Source: an archaeon (GTDB taxonomy: Archaea; EX4484-52; B79-G9). Taken from it: a stretch of DNA of 21,788 bases. Position 1 is the stretch's first letter. The number at the start of each line of letters is the position of its first letter. Shown in pieces: positions 8,766-17,032 of the stretch. The translations under genes were made by a program, and so were the position numbers. The DNA is taken from the NCBI GenBank assembly GCA_043813875.1, contig JBDRKP010000025.1, positions 1 to 21,788 of the forward strand, written 5' to 3'. The notes under the pieces were generated by a model. It worked only from the letters and a program-made list of their open reading frames with translations, was not told the origin of the DNA and did no database searches.

Positions 8766-9005
8766 AGTTTAATCACCATTGAGTTGTTATTGATACGCAT
8801 AATTGCGCTGATATCTTTAAATAGTTTACTTCTCTCAAGTGAATACGATGCAGTTAACAATAAGAATTATGTCCTCTCCTGAATTAATGGTAGTCTCCCC
8901 ATTAAGTACTGATAAATACTCTGCAAACATGAACATATTTAAATATTCGTCTTAAATTAATCATATATAAGTTGTAACGTCTAAAAAACTCAATTTGGTG
9001 TTTAA
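8766..9005. promoter_or_regulatory. AT-rich divergent promoter region
   Basis: TTTAAATA-type boxes near 8816 and 8938, perfect palindrome ATATTTAAATAT (8935-8946), inverted repeat TTAATGG/CCATTAA (8884-8905). Confidence 0.5.
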
Positions 9006-11066
9006 ATGGTTGACATAAACATATTTGACATCGGTATGCCAGGATATCTAGAAAAAGGTACCGAACAATTGCACAAGACTCATACGGATTACAAGGTAAG
9101 TTTTCAGCAAATTAAAGATGCAAACGGCTATCCCAAGCAAAGAATAGATATTTCGAGATTATACGGAGAAATAACAAAGAAAATACTTTATGGCGAGATA
9201 TCTGCTTCTAAAAGAACACCATCTGAACTAGAAAGCGTATTTAGAGATTCAAACGGAGAGGTTGTATTCAGCGAAGTTAATGAGACACATACAACTGAAG
9301 CAGTCGGCTTTCTTAATCATCTTAAATGGTATGATGCAATTCTCAGAAATCACCCTTATGTTTCAGGCTATTCAGAAGAGGAAGCGATGTATCTTAACCC
9401 CACGCCTAACGAAGTGGTTATCCGAAATGTAGCAAACTATGGCAAGTCACCATTTGGCGAATACGGAATAGATACAGTCACCAAAAAGAAACGCACGTGG
9501 TTTGGGCCAAACAAGACAAGAATATCCTTTAGAGGCAAAAACCAGGCCAATGAAACTGTAGCACAAATCTGGAACCGTCCAGATCACATCGAGATAACAG
9601 ACCACACATATAAATTGATTGTACCAACCAGAGAGCTTTTTGAAGGATCAAAGTGGATAAAAGATCATCAAAAATTGTATAGCCTTCTTGTAGAATCGAA
9701 ACTTGGCGACGTACCATTTCCCCTCTTTTTGATTCTTAAGTCCTCCATTAACACAGGCATGGAAGCTTATCTCACGAAAGGCGGCAAGACAGATAAGCTG
9801 GTGGATTCACATCGTGATTTCTGTAATAAACACCAAATAGTGATGGGAAGAGCCACAGATTACATATCAGCTATCAACGATAATCTCAAATATGCAGTCG
9901 ACATGGAAGGCGAGTTGATAAATGCTACAAAATTTAACCCCATATATATAAAAAGAGCCATAGTGGACAACTTGCTAGGCGGAAAGCCTATAAGGTTCCA
10001 TGGCAAGCACTATGGCTTAAATACACTCACTCCAGCTGTAAAAAAGATAAATATTAAAGACCTCAACGAGGATGGCAGTTTGGGGGAGAATAAAGCAGAA
10101 TTCGAATTTTATCCATGGATATCATACAAAGATTTTATAAGCACTTTAAGCTTAAACAAGCCAAAAGAATATCTGTTTGACTTCAAGGATCTCGGATCTG
10201 AAGAAGGAAGAGATAAGCTATTCACCTATTTAGATGATAAAGGGAGCTGGCTATATTATCTGCGCTCGCGTGAGCAGACAAAAGATGAATGGCTGGAAAA
10301 TGCAAATTTCAGATTAGACGATAAAAATAACCGTCTTATTGTTACAAAAGATAAGACAAGAAAAGGAAGCTGGATTGATAGAAAAATCCGTAAAAAAGAC
10401 ACTATAACGACGAAAGATTATATCGGCACTTTTGAGATAAAAGATGACTCTCTCTTTTACTGCGGCAAAAAAAGAATCCCATTCAAGGTTGCAGACATAG
10501 AAAAGGTTAAGGATGAAAATAAGCAGACATACGGCAAAAAAGAGCCAGAAGAGAGTATAAAAGTATATACAGACGGCAAAGAAGAAGTAGGAGACATCAT
10601 AATCGAGAGAAAACTAGAAGAGAAGAGCACCAATTTATATCTGCTATTCAGGAAGAGCCACTTTGAAGATGGTCCTTTCTTATTTAGAGGAGCTATTGCG
10701 GCAATGGCTAATATGCAAGGACCATTAAGATTAAAGACAGATGAATGGAACTATCGCAGCGTGTATCACTTACCTGTTCCGCTCGAGTTGACTTTTGACC
10801 TTCTTACGATGATATTATATTCCGGAGACCCCGCGGTTTACGGCGAACGCAAGGTTGACATCAATAAAGTGTATGGAGGTCACAAACTTCAACCGTTCAA
10901 CGGTACAGGAAAAGTCGTGGACGAAAATATGACCCCTGATACTATCTATTTCTTAAGCCAGATATTCAAAGATAAAGTCACAGAAGAAGACATTGCCCCA
11001 TTCGTGAAATGGCTTGAACCGGATAAATCAGATATCGCTCCTAAGGTCGCGGCTCAGGCAGCGTAA
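9006..11066 (+). CDS. Large soluble hypothetical protein
   Basis: 686 aa uninterrupted ORF in AT-rich DNA with a GGTG RBS. No signal peptide, TM segment or recognisable catalytic motif. Confidence 0.8.
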   Translation: MVDINIFDIGMPGYLEKGTEQLHKTHTDYKVSFQQIKDANGYPKQRIDISRLYGEITKKILYGEISASKRTPSELESVFRDSNGEVVFSEVNETHTTEAVGFLNHLKWYDAILRNHPYVSGYSEEEAMYLNPTPNEVVIRNVANYGKSPFGEYGIDTVTKKKRTWFGPNKTRISFRGKNQANETVAQIWNRPDHIEITDHTYKLIVPTRELFEGSKWIKDHQKLYSLLVESKLGDVPFPLFLILKSSINTGMEAYLTKGGKTDKLVDSHRDFCNKHQIVMGRATDYISAINDNLKYAVDMEGELINATKFNPIYIKRAIVDNLLGGKPIRFHGKHYGLNTLTPAVKKINIKDLNEDGSLGENKAEFEFYPWISYKDFISTLSLNKPKEYLFDFKDLGSEEGRDKLFTYLDDKGSWLYYLRSREQTKDEWLENANFRLDDKNNRLIVTKDKTRKGSWIDRKIRKKDTITTKDYIGTFEIKDDSLFYCGKKRIPFKVADIEKVKDENKQTYGKKEPEESIKVYTDGKEEVGDIIIERKLEEKSTNLYLLFRKSHFEDGPFLFRGAIAAMANMQGPLRLKTDEWNYRSVYHLPVPLELTFDLLTMILYSGDPAVYGERKVDINKVYGGHKLQPFNGTGKVVDENMTPDTIYFLSQIFKDKVTEEDIAPFVKWLEPDKSDIAPKVAAQAA

Positions 11067-11202
11067 ATTGAATAATCGTCACACTTACGGATTCTGAAAT
11101 TCCATCGCAGCATTCATATCGATTTTTATAATATAACAATCAGCTTTTATTCATGGGCTATCATCAGAAGAACCATAGCAATATATCAATATATCGACAT
11201 AC

Positions 11203-11251
11203 AAAAAAACAAAAAAAAGAAAAGAATGAAGAAGAGCCATTTGCTGGCTCT
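11203..11251 (-). terminator. Terminator of the T4SS-like operon
   Basis: AGAGCCA/TGGCTCT stem (11233-11251), 10 nt after the ATPase stop, followed on the minus strand by long T tracts. Confidence 0.7.
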
Positions 11252-11261
11252 CTTTTCACTC

Positions 11262-13991
11262 TCAGTCTTGGAGGGCATTTTTGTCCCCCAAGAGTCCCGG
11301 AATTGCCTCAACAATCTTGCTTGCATGCAAGATTGTATTTGGCACCTCCAGATTCCGATCTCTTGTAACGGCAACAGTCCTGCCGTTCCAGGAACCGATT
11401 TTAGCTATAACCGATTCCAAATCAGTCTCCTCAGGCACATACAACCTGATGATGTGGTGTCCCTTTTTGGACACTTTGATCCATCCTCCGGATGGAAGTA
11501 TCTTTATATCGTAGAGATACTTATTCTCTCCAAGGTATTTTTCAACCTCTTCGAGAATTAAAAATAGCAGGACACCATTTTCCCTGTTTTCGACAGGCTC
11601 GTGGATGAACTGCAATTGTTCACCGCCCACCAGTTCTGTCGATCTGGTGATCTGGTGCCCCTGGGCGAGTAGATCCGCCTTCCTCTCCGACGATATGTCT
11701 GAGATGCGGAAGAACCGGTTGCTTCTCTCCTCTATCTTAGGAGGCTGGAAACCGTCCAGATTTCCAAGAACCAGCTTCTGTACCATCGGCGATATGCCGA
11801 GATGAACCAGAACTGATCCAACACGCTTCTTCCAAAGAAGGGCAACTCCTGTCATGCCCTCTTTTCCAATGTCGATATCGTTCTCGATACCGATGGCATC
11901 ATAAACCTCACGGCTCACATTGCTGTAAATGAGAGCCGTACTCAAGTTCTTGAGTACGTCATAAAGTTTACGATCAATGAGATCCTGCGGGTTCTGCACC
12001 AGCAGACCCACATCCATATCGAACTTTCGCGCACCGCGGAAGTTTGATCTGACAATCTCCCCTATCGTTGGGGAACCCAACGTCTCATCCCCTGGAAGAA
12101 GATCCTGGGCTTCCTCCAAGTATAGTTCACAGGGATTTGTCGAACTTCTTATCTGTTCGATCAACATCACTATGTTTACCAATGCAATCTTTGACCTCAT
12201 GGAAGACATCTTCCAGAGGTTGTACGAAACATACTGGTTCTGCTCGAATACAGGACCAGAATCGTCCCCGAACATCCAGGGAGCACCGTCCCAGAAACCG
12301 AGTCGGTCACCCAAGTCACTATCCTTGATCTTTTCAAGCTCACTTACGAGCCCTGAAAAGGTGATGCATTGTTTTCTCAGTTGCATCACTTTCTTTGTCT
12401 CACCCTTGGTGAGACGACCAAGGATGGAAAAGAGATCCTTCTCGAACTCTTTTTGAGTCTCCTTGTCCTTGAAGACTCGGAAGATGTTTATCCGTGACGA
12501 TGTTTTAGGATCGTCACTGAAATCAAAGATCGTCAGTTCTTGAGCCTTTAAATACCCCTCATCTATGGCTCGCTTCATAGCCAAGAAGAAGGAATTCTTA
12601 GTCTGACCACTGCCCACATGGTCAATGAGTGCAACCCTCTTTAATTTCTCGAGGATTGTATTCAAAATCATTATCGCGGTCCCGACAGACTTGCCGGAAC
12701 CGGACTCGCCCGCAATCAGGCACCGTCCCATCTTTGAGAGATAGACGGCGAAGCCCGCAGGATCATGGCCAATCGGATAGCCATGAAGGAATGCGTCATC
12801 AGCATTTATGTACATCAATGACAACGCCTCCTCTACCTGGTCCACAGGTAGAGTGAAAACAGATTCCTTTTCCAATGTCCCCTGTGTTAAGGAGAACATA
12901 TTACTAAGTGCACTCGCTTGATTATCAGGTGCCATTAGATTGAATCCGGCAATCTGTGCCCATTCGGTCAGATTGCTTACAGACCTTTTAAGGCTGTCGT
13001 AATCGCCTGCGTTGACGACTACGATTACTCGCGTTCCGAGAAGTATCAACCCAGCGGAAACGCTCTTTTCAAGCTGGTCAATAATTTGCTGCTTATAATC
13101 AGCAATATTGTCCGCTTGTTCAGAGCGATTCTCTTTGCCCTCCTTTCTTTTTCTGGACTTCCTGTCTTCGTCCAGAACTGTTAGGGCAATGTCAGTCCTG
13201 AAGACATCAGGGGTTATGTATAAATTAACCCTTGCTGACTTCAGGTGTTTTATAAGCTCGCCCAATGAGCCTCCCGGCAGCTCCTGAGCTACCAGGACTT
13301 TGAAATATCCGCCTCCTGCAGACGGATATGGTCCGTCCCTTATTTGGAGGGTATTCTTGCCCTCCTTGAGCCTTATGTTCACAGGGGGCTTCCAAGGAAT
13401 CTGTTCTATCCGAACAAATCCTTTCAGCCGCAGCATAGCTGACTGAACATCCGCTGACGTCCCTGTCAGCAGGATTATGTTCATTGGAGACTTCTTGAAG
13501 TCTTCAATTGACTTCAAATAGTCAACAATGAACCTCTGGTGTTCCAAACCGGCGATTTTGAGTACTTCTCGAAGTACTCTTTTTAAGCGATGATATGGCT
13601 CCTCAGTCCATATCTCGCTAAAGGTCATAGTAACGTCTATGACCCTCAGGGCTTTGAATACTCCCACTAAGTCAATCCCCTTTTGATTTAGTGGGGTTAT
13701 CCGATAGGCACGCTGTACCTTTGTGCCTACCTTCAGGTCTTCCCCTTTAAGGATGACCTGTTGATCCCGACTTTTCTTGAAAAAGTCGGTGATTGCATTC
13801 CCTCCCCCCCTTTGATATGGGAGGAACAGGAAAAAGTATCCCAACCACAGGCCTGCGAGGCCTATAGCAAGGATAAAAAACGCTTGCCCAAAATAATTGG
13901 CAAGCATTTGTCCAATAACGAGGATAATCGCCGTCCCGAACCAGGCGGCGGTATTCTCATTTTTTTCTCTTGATCCCAACGAGAGTTTCAT
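11262..13991 (-). CDS. Membrane-anchored VirB4/CedB/HerA-FtsK superfamily ATPase
   Basis: Two N-terminal TM helices; Walker A GESGSGKS (12687-12710); VALID strand; Walker B LYLEEAQ; arginine-finger/sensor motif GARKFDMDVGLLVQNP; long VirB4-like N-terminal half. Confidence 0.8.
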   Translation of the reverse strand: MKLSLGSREKNENTAAWFGTAIILVIGQMLANYFGQAFFILAIGLAGLWLGYFFLFLPYQRGGGNAITDFFKKSRDQQVILKGEDLKVGTKVQRAYRITPLNQKGIDLVGVFKALRVIDVTMTFSEIWTEEPYHRLKRVLREVLKIAGLEHQRFIVDYLKSIEDFKKSPMNIILLTGTSADVQSAMLRLKGFVRIEQIPWKPPVNIRLKEGKNTLQIRDGPYPSAGGGYFKVLVAQELPGGSLGELIKHLKSARVNLYITPDVFRTDIALTVLDEDRKSRKRKEGKENRSEQADNIADYKQQIIDQLEKSVSAGLILLGTRVIVVVNAGDYDSLKRSVSNLTEWAQIAGFNLMAPDNQASALSNMFSLTQGTLEKESVFTLPVDQVEEALSLMYINADDAFLHGYPIGHDPAGFAVYLSKMGRCLIAGESGSGKSVGTAIMILNTILEKLKRVALIDHVGSGQTKNSFFLAMKRAIDEGYLKAQELTIFDFSDDPKTSSRINIFRVFKDKETQKEFEKDLFSILGRLTKGETKKVMQLRKQCITFSGLVSELEKIKDSDLGDRLGFWDGAPWMFGDDSGPVFEQNQYVSYNLWKMSSMRSKIALVNIVMLIEQIRSSTNPCELYLEEAQDLLPGDETLGSPTIGEIVRSNFRGARKFDMDVGLLVQNPQDLIDRKLYDVLKNLSTALIYSNVSREVYDAIGIENDIDIGKEGMTGVALLWKKRVGSVLVHLGISPMVQKLVLGNLDGFQPPKIEERSNRFFRISDISSERKADLLAQGHQITRSTELVGGEQLQFIHEPVENRENGVLLFLILEEVEKYLGENKYLYDIKILPSGGWIKVSKKGHHIIRLYVPEETDLESVIAKIGSWNGRTVAVTRDRNLEVPNTILHASKIVEAIPGLLGDKNALQD

Positions 13992-13995
13992 ACTC

Positions 13996-14832
13996 TCACC
14001 TCCTCCATGTTCTTATTCTTTTCATTAGTGACCCCATATTTTTCGTATTTGGGATCACGAATACCTCTATCACGTCAGCCTTTACTTTCGGCGAATCTAA
14101 GACCGACGAAAACACCATATACATGACTATTACCTGCGTACAGATATAGCCCAGGGCGATGATGAATCGTGAGATGATGTCACTCCCCATCCCTGAAGAG
14201 GCGAAGAGAGTCATCATCAGCAATCCTGTATTTATTATTGCCAATCCCAGATCGGCAACTAGGATTTTAATAATAAAATCTCCTTTTTCCTTAAAGGAGA
14301 CCATTGGGATCATATAATAGATCCCCGCGATACACAGTAAATATCCGCCAATCAGGCCGATGAATACCTGGATCGCCATCCCGATTATAAATAAAATAAT
14401 CGGGAGAGACCCTATAAGTAGGGCTATAGATCCACCTGCCAAAAGGTGGAACAATGCAGAGACTGGATTGTCGAATGTCGACAACATCACAGTTACGGCT
14501 GCTGTTGTAACCATGAGAACGTCCCTGAATATAAAGAGTCCTGTTTTCATTAACAGGAACCCTAGAAACAGGTACCGGTAGTTAAACTTTACCTCTCCCC
14601 TTTCTTTAAAGAGGATGTAAAATCCTGCGTATATTATGGCGCAAAGCGCCAAAACGCACAGAGTCATGCTCCATTGCGCCTGTACGTCCGGGGGTGGTAC
14701 TTCCGGCACCCCCCAGAACAAAACCTTTTCGAGAATGTCAACGAAAAGGCGGATGAGTGCCCCTATGGTGGCATCATATACCACTCCCAGGGCACCAATT
14801 ATGCCGTCAACTATAATATTACCTTCGGCCAT
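13996..14832 (-). CDS. VirB6/CedA-like polytopic membrane protein
   Basis: 278 aa with about 6-7 hydrophobic segments and an amphipathic N-terminus, directly upstream of the VirB4-like gene. Family call rests on topology and context. Confidence 0.6.
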   Translation of the reverse strand: MAEGNIIVDGIIGALGVVYDATIGALIRLFVDILEKVLFWGVPEVPPPDVQAQWSMTLCVLALCAIIYAGFYILFKERGEVKFNYRYLFLGFLLMKTGLFIFRDVLMVTTAAVTVMLSTFDNPVSALFHLLAGGSIALLIGSLPIILFIIGMAIQVFIGLIGGYLLCIAGIYYMIPMVSFKEKGDFIIKILVADLGLAIINTGLLMMTLFASSGMGSDIISRFIIALGYICTQVIVMYMVFSSVLDSPKVKADVIEVFVIPNTKNMGSLMKRIRTWRR

Positions 14833-14833
14833 A

Positions 14834-15877
14834 TTACCACCTCACTACTTTCTTAAACGAAAAATTCAAAATCCCCATCACGATGAGAATAGCAATCACT
14901 ATCCTCCACCCGTTATCGGAATTTCTAGAAGTGACTTGTATCCTCTCGATACTTATCACTTTTTCTTCCCCGGCAGGGGACCTGACGGAAATGTTTGTTA
15001 CGTTCACTCCCCGAGGAACGTAAAAAATTCCGTTCAAATACGTTATCAGCGTGCTATTGCACCTGATAACCGGAGGAAGATCAAACGCTTCCCCATAATA
15101 CAGCCCTCTATTGTCTCTCTTTAAGAGGAATGTATCTGGTATCAGTGAAACGGTTATGTTCCCACTGACATTTGTCATGTTGAACACATGACCCGGCCCA
15201 AAGGAGTCCATCCTTATTGAGCCGATATCAGTCCCGTTGACTGATATCTCCATGGCATTTTGATATTCTGCCATGGTGACGTTTGCATACCTTGAAAACT
15301 GCTGCGGTTTTTCAAGGCTGTCGACCAATGGTCCTGTGTATGAGAGCAACACTTTAGCCAGATACTCATAACAGTCCCCGTCGTAATAGTGACACCTTTT
15401 TTCAAAGGTGTGACCTTTGGCTTCAATAGTCACACTAAGTGTGACATTGCCATCGTCTACGAAGACCTCTTTTTTTGTCATCGTACACGAATCGACTATT
15501 ACCCGGGCATAGGTATACTGGTCTTCGCCAGACTGGTATACGGGGTATGCCCCATAGTTAAAGCGTAGACCATTTTCATAATCCACACTTTCCGGGATAT
15601 AATGTGTCCCGGAAATGTTTATCCGGGGAGTATACCCGAACAAGGTCAGGTATATCCCGAGTTTTCCATTATCTTGCGATTTGGAAAAATCAGCTCTTGG
15701 TGTAGAGCCAATGTAGATACTATTATTCTCCATAATATCTACAATCGTGACCTCATTTTTCACGATTTCTTCAATCGTTTTATTGATAAGGTCATCGGAC
15801 TCATCATCCGCTGTACTTGTACTGATTGTTAGAATCAATACGAAGACGAGTATTAAGGCCATGACTCTAACTCGCAT
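14834..15877 (-). CDS. Secreted beta-rich protein with signal peptide and C-terminal membrane anchor
   Basis: Signal-like N-terminus (MRVRVMALILVFVLILTISTSTA), many N-x-S/T sequons, CHYYDGDC loop, C-terminal TM followed by KKVVRW. Confidence 0.75.
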   Translation of the reverse strand: MRVRVMALILVFVLILTISTSTADDESDDLINKTIEEIVKNEVTIVDIMENNSIYIGSTPRADFSKSQDNGKLGIYLTLFGYTPRINISGTHYIPESVDYENGLRFNYGAYPVYQSGEDQYTYARVIVDSCTMTKKEVFVDDGNVTLSVTIEAKGHTFEKRCHYYDGDCYEYLAKVLLSYTGPLVDSLEKPQQFSRYANVTMAEYQNAMEISVNGTDIGSIRMDSFGPGHVFNMTNVSGNITVSLIPDTFLLKRDNRGLYYGEAFDLPPVIRCNSTLITYLNGIFYVPRGVNVTNISVRSPAGEEKVISIERIQVTSRNSDNGWRIVIAILIVMGILNFSFKKVVRW

Positions 15878-15880
15878 GGC

Positions 15881-16207
15881 TCACCTCACCAGAAGAACGA
15901 TAAAGAAGTCAACGATGAGGCCAACTAGCCCTATCACAATTGATAGGACAATAATCGCCTTATTATCGGCGATTATTTGATCCGTCGCTTTCTTATCAAC
16001 TAGCCCGTTGAAAAACGTTCCCAACAGGATTGATATGGACAGCAATACTGCCCATATTCCGAGATTTGCTTTCGCAATTACCTCGAAATTATCAATCTTT
16101 TCAGATTGCCGTGGTGTGAGAGGACCCCCCATCGCTCCTGTGACAGATGCAATTCCTATAGCCATGACTATAAGAATTAAGATCACGTTCACGGTTATCC
16201 GGGACAT
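15881..16207 (-). CDS. Pilin-like (VirB2/CedA1 topology) small membrane protein 3
   Basis: 108 aa: signal peptide, hydrophobic helix, charged loop (DKKATDQ), second hydrophobic helix. Confidence 0.6.
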   Translation of the reverse strand: MSRITVNVILILIVMAIGIASVTGAMGGPLTPRQSEKIDNFEVIAKANLGIWAVLLSISILLGTFFNGLVDKKATDQIIADNKAIIVLSIVIGLVGLIVDFFIVLLVR

Positions 16208-16209
16208 TT

Positions 16210-16551
16210 CTATGCTCCCGGGACCGTTGTTCCCTGTATGGCTAAATAGAACTTACCTATAATTTCAATCAAGCCCACAATAATACAAATAAGAACGAGA
16301 TACTTACTCATTCTTTCAATTTTCTCTTTTGGGGACAAATCCTTCCCGTTGTCATCCCCAAATAGGGATAATGGTATATCCATAAAGTAACAGTAAGCCG
16401 CTGCTACGATTACTGCTACCTGCGCAAGAACTTTCAGAATCATTACTGATTCTAAATATTGTTCCGCGCGTTCTGCCCCTACCACCTCACCGCTTACGGT
16501 GTTGATGGTTACGAAAAGGAGAAGAAGCAATAGACAGTGTCTACGCTTCAT
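16210..16551 (-). CDS. Pilin-like (VirB2/CedA1 topology) small membrane protein 2
   Basis: 113 aa: signal peptide, hydrophobic helix, charged loop (DDNGKDLSPKEKIER), hydrophobic helix. GGAG RBS. Confidence 0.6.
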   Translation of the reverse strand: MKRRHCLLLLLLFVTINTVSGEVVGAERAEQYLESVMILKVLAQVAVIVAAAYCYFMDIPLSLFGDDNGKDLSPKEKIERMSKYLVLICIIVGLIEIIGKFYLAIQGTTVPGA

Positions 16552-16561
16552 GATTTACTCC

Positions 16562-16903
16562 TTATTTGAGGATCGCAAGGGCAAGGTTTAACAGTTGCTG
16601 GGCTAAGCCAATTAGGATTAGGATTAGCAACACAATCTTTGCCTTGCTAATTACTGTATTCTCCTCTTCCTCCTTCTCCTTCTTGTTCTTTTGCAGCACT
16701 GACAATGCTGCATACACTATCAAGAACAGTGCCGCCAAATACGGGTATATACTCGTAATGATAGCCAAGCCGGAGTCCCAGAACCCCATGCCGACCGCCT
16801 TTCCAGCGGCCTGAATCGCAGCCTTATCAGCGGCGACTACTTGGACTGTGAGCCCAAGTAAGAGTCCCATTAGGGACAACAATTTTCTTACAATTCGGTT
16901 CAT
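16562..16903 (-). CDS. Pilin-like (VirB2/CedA1 topology) small membrane protein 1
   Basis: 113 aa from ATG 16903 (GGAGG RBS): signal peptide ending VVAA, Ala/Gly-rich helix, TM, KNKKEKEEEE loop, TM. Confidence 0.65.
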   Translation of the reverse strand: MNRIVRKLLSLMGLLLGLTVQVVAADKAAIQAAGKAVGMGFWDSGLAIITSIYPYLAALFLIVYAALSVLQKNKKEKEEEENTVISKAKIVLLILILIGLAQQLLNLALAILK

Positions 16904-17032
16904 ATTTCCTCCCCCCCTGTTAGATGCCAGGGGAGATAGCTTTTTCAACAACATTCCAGGCATCATCCCTTTGGAGAGGTCTGCCTATTTTTTATGAGCG
17001 CTCTAGCTGCGCTCTATGTTTGCGTTTCTTTA

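Noticed and set aside
13801..16918. Shared CCTCCCCCCCT 11-mer at 13801 and 16908 as a repeat or phase-variable tract
   Set aside because: Low-complexity 7-nt runs: one encodes Gly codons and the other is an RBS. No evidence of slippage from a single sequence.
16904..16966. N-terminal extension MMPGMLLKKLSPLASNRG as a class III (type IV pilin/archaellin) signal peptide
   Set aside because: RG is followed by GGNMNR rather than a hydrophobic helix, and the G-run is better explained as the RBS of ATG 16903.
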